A stretch of DNA of 63,696 bases, counting the filler, from Reticulomyxa filosa (taxonomy: Eukaryota; Protista; Foraminifera), in assembly GCA_000512085.1 (NCBI GenBank). It is 23 parts of 23 records of this genome, joined end to end, with 100 filler letters (N's around TTAATTAATTAA, not from the genome) between each part and the next. Parts side by side here need not be neighbours in the genome. Positions count along the whole stretch, not along the records: positions 1 to 1,614 come from ASPP01019086.1; positions 1,715 to 3,330 come from ASPP01028340.1; positions 3,431 to 4,778 come from ASPP01000625.1; positions 4,879 to 6,178 come from ASPP01036612.1; positions 6,279 to 7,523 come from ASPP01038869.1; positions 7,624 to 11,508 come from ASPP01002302.1; 17 more parts are not named here. One strand, 5' to 3'. A model generated the notes under the pieces. That model had not been told where the DNA came from. It saw only the letters and a program-made list of their open reading frames with translations, and did no database searches. Of this stretch, positions 1-10,628 are shown in pieces (position 1 is the stretch's first letter; every line of letters begins with the position of its first letter). Made by a program: the position numbers and the translations under genes.

Positions 1-1614
1 AAACCCTTTTTTTTGTTTGAAAATTAAAAAAAATGATTTATAATTGACGGTCAAGAAGGTTATTGTTTTAAAAAGAGAAAATTTGATAATATCAAGATTT
101 TTACATTTCAACACCATAGATTACAAATAACAATTCGAACTATGTTTTAATATTATTACAAGACATTTGAGCGTAGGATAAAATATTTTTTTTTGATAAA
201 GTCATATATTTTTGTAATGAAATTAAAGATTTAACAAATTGTTGCATTTTCAATCAAGTATTTCTTCAGTATTTTGTCTCCGTTTTAAATTTCATTACAA
301 ACAAGCAGATATGAAAACTATATCATATTGATAAATATGCATTCAGTTTAATAACGAATATATTTTTTATTTTTAATTCAACAAATAAGATTGCAGCAAC
401 ATCAAATTGGCTAGTGCTGTATTATTGTTAAAAATTGACTTAACAAGAATCAATGCTTATCATATAATTTTAGAATGCTTCATTTTCTTTATTTCTTATT
501 TAAAATGTGAAAAGAATGAGTTTTTAATTTTTACTTAAATATAATCAAAAAGTGAAAGATTAAAAGAGATCTACCACATAATAAGAAATCAATTTTATTT
601 AACTGAAACAAGCTAAGTCTCAGAATTTATCAAAGGTATAGTCAAATTTCCATAAGCTAAATTCATCTAATGCTACAAGAGATGAATATTCTTGTGAGTT
701 TGATTAGATAGAATCAACTTTGAGATTGTTACATTAACAAAAACATATCTGAAGAATTAGACCGAACAAATAATCCGTTCAATGTTGATCATTCAATTTT
801 TTAAATAAGTTTAATATAATCATTATATAAGCATACCATTACTTTTTTTAAATAATTCCAATTTTGTTAAAATTCATTCAAAACAAATAATTGTGTAATA
901 GAATAAGTTGTCTTCGTTTTAGTTTTTTTAAACATTTTTTTGGAAAATGTCAAGGCAAAATGTTGCTTTGATATCCTTAGAAAAATAGAAATAATCTTTT
1001 TTGACTGTCTATTTTGCTCGTGGAGAGCAGTCGACAAAAAAAAATCGGAGTAACACTCTGAAAGTAAAAAAACGGTGACCATCAATTAATTTAAGAAATG
1101 TATTCGAACATTGTGCATGTGTTAAATAATTTTTTTTAATTAAGGAACATTGAAGACTGCATAGACAAATAACGTCTTTTAAAGTTGCAGTCATAAAGCA
1201 ATATTTACATAATCTTTTATGAGTATATACTTTCCAAAAACGTATTCAAAATTTTTCTTTTAGACCCATGCATAAAAATGCAAATTTGTAAGAAAAAATT
1301 GATTGTATACGCAATGCAAGAAGAAAAAAAACATTTCATTTGGTGAAGAGTTGCTTGCATATCCTACAGTATTGTTGGTTTGTGTCGTATATTCTTGACA
1401 CACTTGTTGCTTAACAAAAAAGTCCAATTTTTTTTCTTTTATCATCTCAAATAAGAAGCAAATCGTTAAAGAATATTTCTTTTGGCTAGATAAATGAACA
1501 AAACTAGAATTAATAAACTTTATTTTAATCTTTGGAAAAACTTTATTTCTTTAGTTTCGTGTTGTATGTGCTCTGTATTAGATAGAGTAAAAGAAGATAT
1601 CAAAATAATTGTTT

Positions 1615-1714
1615 NNNNNNNNNNNNNNNNNNNNNNNNNNNNNNNNNNNNNNNNNNNNTTAATTAATTAANNNNNNNNNNNNNNNNNNNNNNNNNNNNNN
1701 NNNNNNNNNNNNNN
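1615..1714. other. Artificial contig-joining spacer (N44-TTAATTAATTAA-N44), first of 22
   Basis: Identical 100-nt spacer with a stop-in-all-frames core starts at 1615, 3331, 4779, 6179, 7524, 11509, 15694, 19051, 21273, 25001, 26649, 29677, 35449, 39282, 40600, 41987, 45302, 47827, 51166, 53604, 56567 and 58259. Confidence 0.99.
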
Positions 1715-3252
1715 ATAATATTTCTTCTAAATGACGACAAAAAATACTTTTTCCTGATCCTGATTTTCCTTGAATTATCATTAATTTTTTTTTTATTAAA
1801 TATTTTGTTTTTCTTCTTCTTCTTTTAAAAATTCAATAACACTGATTACAATCATATGTTTTTTCTTTTTCATTATCATTTCCATCTTCATGTGCATAAT
1901 TATTTCCTTCTAATGGAATATATGTTTCAAGTGCTTGTGATATTTCAATATCTTCTTCTATTTCTTTTTTTCTTAATTCTTGTAATAATAATATAAAATC
2001 ATCACAACTAGCTGGATTTTGATCTCCAATTATATTTTGTTTATAATATTCATATAATATAACATAAATAGCTTTTTCTTTTTCTTTTATTTTTTCTTTT
2101 TCTTTTATAGTAATTTCTTTTTCTTTATCTTTTGAATATCCTGGAATAAAATTACAAAGTTGTTCATATACAAATTTAGATATTTTTAATGATATATTTA
2201 TATCAATTTCTATATCATTTTTATTAAATAATTGTGGTGGTTTTAAAATTCCATGAATTAAATTAGATTTATAATATTTTGGATATTTTTTTAATTTCTT
2301 TATCATCATTCCATTCACATATAATATCATTAATTTTAATTAATGTTTTATCACTTTCATGTTTTAAATCTTCTTCTTCTAAATTATTTGGTTTCCATGC
2401 TCTAATATTTTCATAAAATAAATGACTTAATTTTGGATTATTAAATATACTATATCCTTCTAATGTTGTAAATTTTTTTAATGTTGCTTGCATTTCTATA
2501 TATACATCATATTTTGGTATATATAATTTAATATTATGAAATCGATAATGTGTTATTGATTGTTTTTCAAAATAATTTTTATCTTCAGAAACAATTAAAT
2601 TAAATTTATCTGCTTTTTTCATTACTTCTACTGCTGTACGTAATTTTGTTTCATTATCACATAAAATAGTAAATCTTCCAACATCAAATGCTTTATTAAA
2701 ATTTCCTTCATAATCATATTTAATTTTTTCAGATAATCTTTTTATATCTTTTATTTTTGATGGTTTTGCTACAATAATTAAATATTTTTCTAATTCTTTT
2801 ACTAAATTTATAATTTCATCACTTTCCATTGCTTTTTCACTTCGATTAATTAAATCTTCTAAACTTATTGCATGTTGAATAATTTTATTTGCTTTTAATG
2901 TATATGATAATCCTGATTCAATTGGATAAATACATTGATAATTATTATCATTTTTATGTGATGAACCATTACTTGAATATATTGAATGTTCACAATTAAA
3001 AAACATTACATTTTTAATACATTTAATACTTAATTCACCACAATCAGGACATTTATAACATGTTTTATCTGGAATAATTGAAATATTATCAAATTCTTGT
3101 TTTATCCATACTAAAATATTTCCTTTTGATGCTAAACATCCATCATTATTTGTACAATAACCTTGTAAATTTATTCCTGATCCATATTCTCCTGTATATC
3201 CTGTATTTTCAACTTTTTTTAATTTTTCTTCATTTGATTCAGTATTATTATT
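1715..3252 (-). CDS. Partial, frameshifted STAND/NACHT-type protein with N-terminal Cys-rich domain and RelA/SpoT synthetase-like nucleotidyltransferase domain (gene or pseudogene)
   Basis: Joined frames read GINLQGYCTN..CLA..VW..CPDC..FFNC, then KIKDIKRLSEK..FDVGRFTI..KNYF..HYRFHN..IEMQAT..HLFYE (about 2401-2757), then LETYIPL, then LMIIQGKSGSGKSIFCRHL (Walker A at 1746-1769). There are about six indels, mostly in homopolymers. An AG acceptor lies at 3254-3253. Truncated by the contig end. Confidence 0.8.
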
Positions 3253-4050
3253 CTATATATTGTATATGTATGTGTATATATAATAATATTATATTATTAT
3301 ATTATTATATTATTATATTATTATATTATTNNNNNNNNNNNNNNNNNNNNNNNNNNNNNNNNNNNNNNNNNNNNTTAATTAATTAANNNNNNNNNNNNNN
3401 NNNNNNNNNNNNNNNNNNNNNNNNNNNNNNATATCTGATATTGCGATTTTGCGCGAGATCAGATATATACAAGATAACAACACACAAAATGAACAGTCGA
3501 TTAACAAGGAAGAATGGCGAACAAAATTGAGCCGAAATGACAATATAAATATTCACATGCTTTTCTTTAATAATAATTGTTTAAATTTTATTTTTTGTTT
3601 TAGTTTGCTTTAATTTGTTAAAAGAGGTGACTTGAATATCAATATTTTCCTGAGACTTCAATACTTCGAAAACAAGGCTCAGAGGATTCAGTTGATCTCC
3701 TGTAATTCCCCCTGACGATTCCACAAGGAAGAGCCAACAGTTGATTGATCTCGACGTACAACATTTGAGATTTATTGTTTTTTTTTTATTTTAAAGATTA
3801 AAACTTAAAATTTTTTTTTCACTTGCTGTTGTTGATTGTATGTGAGTTTTTGATATGTTTTGTTGATCTTTTCCTTTTTTGTTTGTTTTTATTAGCGTAC
3901 TGTACAAAATTTGTACTTTGATTTTTGAACTTCCTTTCGTAAACTGTCTCCATGGCTTGCTGCCTTTCCAAATTATTATTCAAAATTTTGAAAAATTTAT
4001 TTAGGAAATTTCCCTAGACATCACAATATCATCGCATTTGAATATCGACG

Positions 4051-4596
4051 ATGTACGCAAAAGATTCACTCAAACGTTCAAGACCACAAGATGATTGTGC
4101 AAATGAGCACGAAAGAATAAGTAAAAAACAAAGACTAGAAATACTACAAAAAGAAAAGAAAAAGTATTGGACGAAAGAAAACAAGAAGATACTCAAAGAT
4201 TACTTCTGCAGAACAAGTCCTTCGTTGGTTTTCACGCCTGTAAATGGAAAAAAATTGACGGAATTGATGATAAAGGATTTGTGGAAAAAATTAAAAGCAT
4301 TCCTACAGTCTTGGAAAACGTTATTTGCCTTCCATAATCAAGTGAAAATGGATGAATTCGATACAACAATCAAATATGCCAGTGGTAAAGGTGAATTTGT
4401 AAGATCAGAAGATGTTAAAAGAGCATTGGAAGACGTATTTATCCAATATAGGAAATATTTCAAGAATCCCCATGCAGATCAACCACAATTTCAGAATTTG
4501 TATGCGTTTGAAAATGAAATTAAAGAAACAAGAAAGATTACTGAATTTATTATAATTGGTGGGGATTGGCATCCTTTTGCGTGGTTACAAAGGTAA
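4051..4596 (+). CDS. Hypothetical protein with basic NLS-like N-terminus
   Basis: 181-aa ATG ORF (KRSR...KKQR) in AT-rich DNA. A GT donor near 4593 and TTTTAG near 4628 suggest a short intron and a further exon. No family recognised. Confidence 0.55.
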   Translation: MYAKDSLKRSRPQDDCANEHERISKKQRLEILQKEKKKYWTKENKKILKDYFCRTSPSLVFTPVNGKKLTELMIKDLWKKLKAFLQSWKTLFAFHNQVKMDEFDTTIKYASGKGEFVRSEDVKRALEDVFIQYRKYFKNPHADQPQFQNLYAFENEIKETRKITEFIIIGGDWHPFAWLQR

Positions 4597-4878
4597 CCCA
4601 ACAAATAACATTCAAGCAATAATTTTAGTTTAGGTGAAGACAGAGATTGTATGTGATCATCATACATTTGATAGCCCTCTACCTGCACAAACTCAGGTCT
4701 TTCAAGTTAAAAGAGCACCTCGCTCTAAGAAATAGAACCACAATACTCAAAAAAAGAAACAGAAAAATAAAAGAACGANNNNNNNNNNNNNNNNNNNNNN
4801 NNNNNNNNNNNNNNNNNNNNNNTTAATTAATTAANNNNNNNNNNNNNNNNNNNNNNNNNNNNNNNNNNNNNNNNNNNN

Positions 4879-6178
4879 CCAATTCATAGCCATATCGACG
4901 ACGTCTTTGGGAGGTGAGGGGACAAAATGTTGTTCGTATATTCACTTAGCAGGGCCAACACATTGTCAATATCCATGATTTTGTCTTGATTTGTCAATAA
5001 TTGAGCGACTTTTAAATCGTTGATCCAACTACCGACTGGCACGATGGTTGTTTTTTATAACAAATGCGCAACAGCATTAGCTTTTCCTTGCACACCAAGC
5101 AAATCGTGGAATATAGCAGTGTCACACAAATATTGATGCGCACAACACCAGTCCAATATATTGAAATAATTGACAAATGAGTAAGAGATGATATGGATTG
5201 CGTTTCGTCGTCGTTATTACAATCATTACTGGCACTGCACTTGACATTGTCACATCTGCCATTGGGGGCGCATTATGTGAGATTAGTCCATAAATGAGAT
5301 TGCGCAAATCCGTCACCGTGGGGTGAATAGCATTCATAACTGAAGTAAAGTTGACATGCGGCCTTTTTTTTTTAAAAAAACAAACCCAACACGATATCTT
5401 CGGGGACCTTGTTTCTATTCATCCTCCTATCTTCTTGTTTGATGGTGCTGTTGGCTTGAGTTTCCACCAAATTGAGCAACGATATCAGAAGGATAGTCTT
5501 ATGTGAGATTGGCTCACTCGATCATCATGTGTGCTTATTTATTTCATATAACGTCCGCGTTCTCTTCTTGTTTGTCTTCTATTTTTTCTACCAATCCAGT
5601 CTCTGCTGTTGTTGCGATACCGCAATATTGATATCGTTTCCGTTTTGAGTGATATTATCACATATTTTTTTGTTCTTTCTCATTGATGAACTTGTCTTCG
5701 TAGTCAGACATCGCCAAGATCCTGATCGTCGATGATTGAACTGTGATAATTTTTTTCAACTGTTCAAATGCAGTCAATGTGATTGATATTTTCTAAAATA
5801 CCAAATTCATCCAATCTTGTCGTCATTGTAATGAGAGACATGTTTTGGCCTTGGATAATGGTCGTTTGCTGGAAATTCTCAATGTGTTTATTCAATAACT
5901 TTTGGATTGATGATCAGATAAGTGAGGGAATCATTTGTACATCCTTTTCTTGAGAGTATTCGCTCTTGCTCTTCTTTATTACTTTCTTGCTTTCTTGCTT
6001 TCTTGCTTTCTTGCTTTCTTGATTGCCATCCGACACGTCGTCACTAGTCAATAGTCGATCCTGGAGGCAGTTCAGCAAAGATAATGGACGCTTGTTCTAC
6101 AAATGCAAGGTACGCAATTCTTGCAGCGATACAGAGTCTGAAAATGCAACAAACTCTATCTCCTTCTTCACCAATCAA
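4879..6178 (-). pseudogene. Decayed coding sequence of unknown family
   Basis: GC is elevated, with protein-like stretches (FHDLLGVQGKANAVAHLL*KTTIVPVGSWINDLKVAQLL; TTRLDEFGILENINHIDCI*) broken by stops and frameshifts. Confidence 0.35.
5982..6021. repeat. 8-bp tandem repeat (CTTTCTTG)x5
   Basis: Five consecutive copies are directly visible. Confidence 0.9.
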
Positions 6179-7623
6179 NNNNNNNNNNNNNNNNNNNNNN
6201 NNNNNNNNNNNNNNNNNNNNNNTTAATTAATTAANNNNNNNNNNNNNNNNNNNNNNNNNNNNNNNNNNNNNNNNNNNNAAAAAAAGAATTGAGCTTTTTC
6301 TCATTTCAAAATTCTTTCCACTTGAAAGATTAATCATAATCTCCAATAAAAAAAACCAAAAAAAGTTAAATAAAAAAGGATGACTGGTGAATACCCAGCA
6401 AGTGTTCAGAGCTGCCGGGTATGCAAAAATGCTTACTGGCCATTGCTCGTTATTTTCAACGCACAAAATTGTCATCAGGTCAACATTGTTGCACTCAGCC
6501 GAAGGTCCTAGCATTGTTGAGTTTTGTGTGTTTGTATTGTATGCGTTGCAATCGTTTTACACTTTGTCTTATTTTTTGATTGAGTGAGAAAGGAATAATC
6601 TCAAAAAAATTGATTGGTTGCCTTTTTATAGAAAAGCAACAAAATGTGAAACTTCTCCAAAAAAAATATTTGCACAACGCCGATCTCTTGTAAATATGCT
6701 TATTGCCTTCCCACGCGTTTTAACAAGACTGCCATTTGAGGTCGTTTTCTTGTGAAGGCAGATAGATCCAATCAAGGAGTAGGTGTGGTATTGCAGCTGA
6801 GCCACGATGAATGGGTCGAACATGTCAAAACGTAGGTACATAGCAATTAAGGAGGCTGTTTGCCAAACGAGTTGGTCCACTCGCACACTCACGTCTCAGC
6901 CCGCCCTGTACGTCAAAAAAAAACATTTGTGCATACCTCAAGTTGTTGTACGCATTAAAGGGAAGATGTTCCAAGATGACATTGATGCAAACTCTTCACA
7001 ACTGGAACATGTGTGTATGTATACCATGGAGCCACTGATATTTGTTTCAGTGACGATAACTTGTTCCATTCTTCGAAGCGCTCGCTTTGGTGTCTGCACG
7101 CTTGCTTGTTAGCAATTTCAAAGCTTTGGAAAAGAAATGTATATCATTTTGTGTAAGAAGATCTTTGTTCATGATTTGACAATGTTCTCAAAACGACATG
7201 TTGTTCTTGAAACGAACAGAAGGTATCATGGTCTAGTTTTTTTTTAATTTTAGAAGTACTGAAATTTCGCACTTATTTAAGTTGTATAAAAAACTGTAAT
7301 AAAGTTTTTATTACAAATAATGTCGGAAAAAAAGATTATAAAATTTACTTTAGAAATTATTGTGTTTGCTTTATTCTGAAAATATTAACGAATGTATTTC
7401 TAAAAGGGCCTAGTTCCTTTTTTATTTTCTTGTCTTTCATGTTGTTACGTAAGTTAAAACTTAGAAGAGATGCTGTGGATTTTGATACAAAAGTGAAAGA
7501 ATAATCGAATTACATGGTATACTNNNNNNNNNNNNNNNNNNNNNNNNNNNNNNNNNNNNNNNNNNNNTTAATTAATTAANNNNNNNNNNNNNNNNNNNNN
7601 NNNNNNNNNNNNNNNNNNNNNNN

Positions 7624-8797
7624 TCCAGAACATATCACATTTGAATTAACAATACTATTCTTTATTATAAATGGTGAATATTCAACAGCATACACCATAT
7701 TTGTATGTCCATTAAACACTTGGATTTTTTGATCAGATCGGATATCCCACAAATGAACACTTTCATCATTTGATCCAGATAATATTGTATTTAATAATTC
7801 ATTTGATCCTTGCTTTACACTGTTCACAGCAGCTTGATGTCCTTTGAATATATTAAATTGTTTGGCTGTTTCAATATCCCATATTCGAATAGTTTGATCA
7901 ACTGATCCAGAACAAATTGTATATCCATTTCCACCAATTATACCAGTATTATTCATTTTATTATTGTTATCATTTTTGTTATTGCTTCGTAATGATGAAA
8001 TATTAACACACAAAATACCATGTTTATGTCCATTGAAAATATGTAATGATTTTGATGCTTTAAACATCCCATAAACAAATTTTTTTGTCAAATGATCCAG
8101 AGCACAAATATCTACCACCATTAAATGGTGAAAATTCAATTCCATAAACACGACATTTATGTCCATTGAACATTTGTACTTGTTTATTACGTTTGAAATC
8201 CCAAAAACGAATAGTTTTATCCCATGATGAAAAACAAATGACATTTTGGCGATGATTATAATAATGATATAATGAAAATTTCACACAATTCACACAATCT
8301 GAATGTCTATTGAATGGTCGAATTTGTTTGTTTTTATCAACATCCCATACACGAATTGTTCGATCATCTGATCCAGAACAAATGAATCGAAGATTATCAA
8401 ATGTTGAATAATCAATACTGTTCACATAATCTCTGTGCCCAAAGAATGTATTAATTAATTTGGATGATGAACGAAATGTGTCAAACATAAAGACAGTGGA
8501 TATCTATGTCAAATAAATATTGAATATTTTGATTATCATTAAAAAAAAAAGAAAGAATAGATAAACTGACATAATTGACAATAAATTTGTCAAATTCATG
8601 AATCCATCCTAATTTAATGTTTAATATTCGAATCCAATGTTGTATGATTACTTGAATTTTTTCTTCAGACTGTTTGAATCAAATTACATACGATTAATAA
8701 AACAATAAAAAAGGCAAGAGATATTCTGAAAGCTTGTAATAAAGCTTACCAATGCTAGTTGTATTGAAGCTTGCGTCTCATTGCTGAGAGTTATCAT
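7624..8797 (-). CDS. WD40-repeat protein (3' truncated, one frameshift at about 8060)
   Basis: ATG at 8797; introns 8749-8670 and 8570-8504; 99-nt exon SEEKIQVIIQHWIRILNIKLGWIHEFDKFIVNY; repeated GH...SGSxDxTIRxWD units. An extra T in GTTTAAA shifts the frame. Confidence 0.92.
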
Positions 8798-10494
8798 TTT
8801 GTTTTTTTTCCATTGCGAAAAGAATTGTAACATGATTAAAATATACAGCTCTTTATTTTAATTACGAGTGATAATAAAATTCACCCCTTTTTTCAGAGTC
8901 TATTGCAAATTAAAAATTCTCTTTAAAAAGATCTCTGTGCGAAGATAGGATGATGTTTCCCAAAAATAAAAAAATTAAGGATTTTCCATTTTCTTTTGAA
9001 TCAAACATAGTTTTTTTTGAACATGTATACAGTTATTGTTGTATATACAGAGCTTGAAGAATTTTTTAAAATCTATTTTCCAGAAAATAAATCACATACT
9101 CGTATTGCTTCATTCCATGAATAAAAGAAAAGCCCATATATTGTGATTATTTGATTTTCTTCACTCCTTTGGATTCTTTGATTTATTCATTTTTGTATTA
9201 CCATTATAGCAATTACTCCAAATACATGTATATAATCAATAAATGTTAGATTTTCACCAAAAAAACAATAAATACCAAGTTGAAATATAATCATTTTTAA
9301 TTTTCTTTTTTTAAAATGCAAAAATTTAAGATAGCTTATTTAAGCGAAAATAAACAAGGATCTTATCTAAACTAGAATTAATAAAGTTTATCCGAAGGTA
9401 TGGACAGCAAGTAACTTTTTAAAAACATCAATTACAATATTGCTCAGTTTCATTAATTTAGTATACTAAAGAAAAAGAATTGTTTAAAAAGATATTATCT
9501 GACATTTTTATAAATTTGAGTAAGGTGCTTTCTGTTTTCGGAATGTTGGGTGGATATCCAACAATCTTTAACCTTTTTTAATGAAAAATTTTGAAAAACA
9601 AAGAATATTTTAGGAATATGTTGCAATTACAGTTGATGTCACTGAAAGCAACACTCTATATCGAAGCAAAAAAGAAAAGCTGTGAAGTATTTCTTATATT
9701 ATATCAGCTTTTCAAATATTTTTTCTGAAGCTGTGGTTCGTGCCTTTGGACAACACTATCAACGTTTTTTTTATCCTTTGCTCTTTTCAGCAATTTGAAA
9801 TGTTGTACAATTAAGTGTTTCTTCGTCTTTATAAAGTATGTTGCTTCTTTATTGGATATCGAAAGTTGTTTGATGGAAAAATCGATTATTCTCAAAGATA
9901 CTTTGAATTAGAGTCACAAACTTTATAGACGGAATTTTCTTTTGACTTGCGCATTCGCTCTGTATTCGGGGAATATTTTTGTCTTTTTTTTTTCCTTTGT
10001 TTTGTTTTGTGCTTTTTGTAATGTGATTCGCGGATTATCTTTACCGATAAATGTTTTGATTGCTGGGACCTTGTTTATGTTTAAAAAATAAAGAATTCAA
10101 CTGGATGAATGTGATGATCTCTTTTTTAAAATCATTTTCACAAAAGATGTTCTCAATTCTCGGAAAAAAACAGCATTAAAAAACCAAAATCTGGCTTTTT
10201 TTTTTTTCTTCAATTTCCGGGTGGACTCATTACGTACAACACCTGACGATCATTTTTTTTATTGATCAGTCATTTTTAATGCGCTTAATTTTCTAAAACG
10301 CAAACGAATTAAGCTGGGTGTTAAATTTTTTAATCAAAAAGTTTAAAAACAGTTATTATATTTTTGTGCTTCAATAAAAAAAATTGTTTCCCCCCCCCCC
10401 TCAAGCGTCTTCAGCTATTTATTTCGACCAAAAGAAAAGATAAGTGATCATTAAGAAAAAATAAGCCGCTTGGAAGAAGGGCGTTGAAAAAAGG

Positions 10495-10628
10495 TTGGAT
10501 GTCGAATCTAATGACACCATCCGAAAAGTGAAAGCTAAAATTCAGTACAACGAAGGCATTCATCATAACAACAGTGACTAATCTTTGCCTGAAAGCAATT
10601 ATAAGATTGAAGAACGTTGAGTGACTAC
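10495..10628 (+). pseudogene. Ubiquitin pseudogene fragment
   Basis: Translates as LDVESNDTIRKVKAKIQYNEGIH..QQ*LIFA*KQL*D*RTLSDY, versus ubiquitin [45 protein letters not shown]. Four stops and one frameshift. Confidence 0.92.

Noticed and set aside
1501-1517. 17-nt identity AAACTAGAATTAATAAA with 9368-9384
   Set aside because: A match of this length and composition is expected by chance in such AT-rich sequence, and the flanks do not align.
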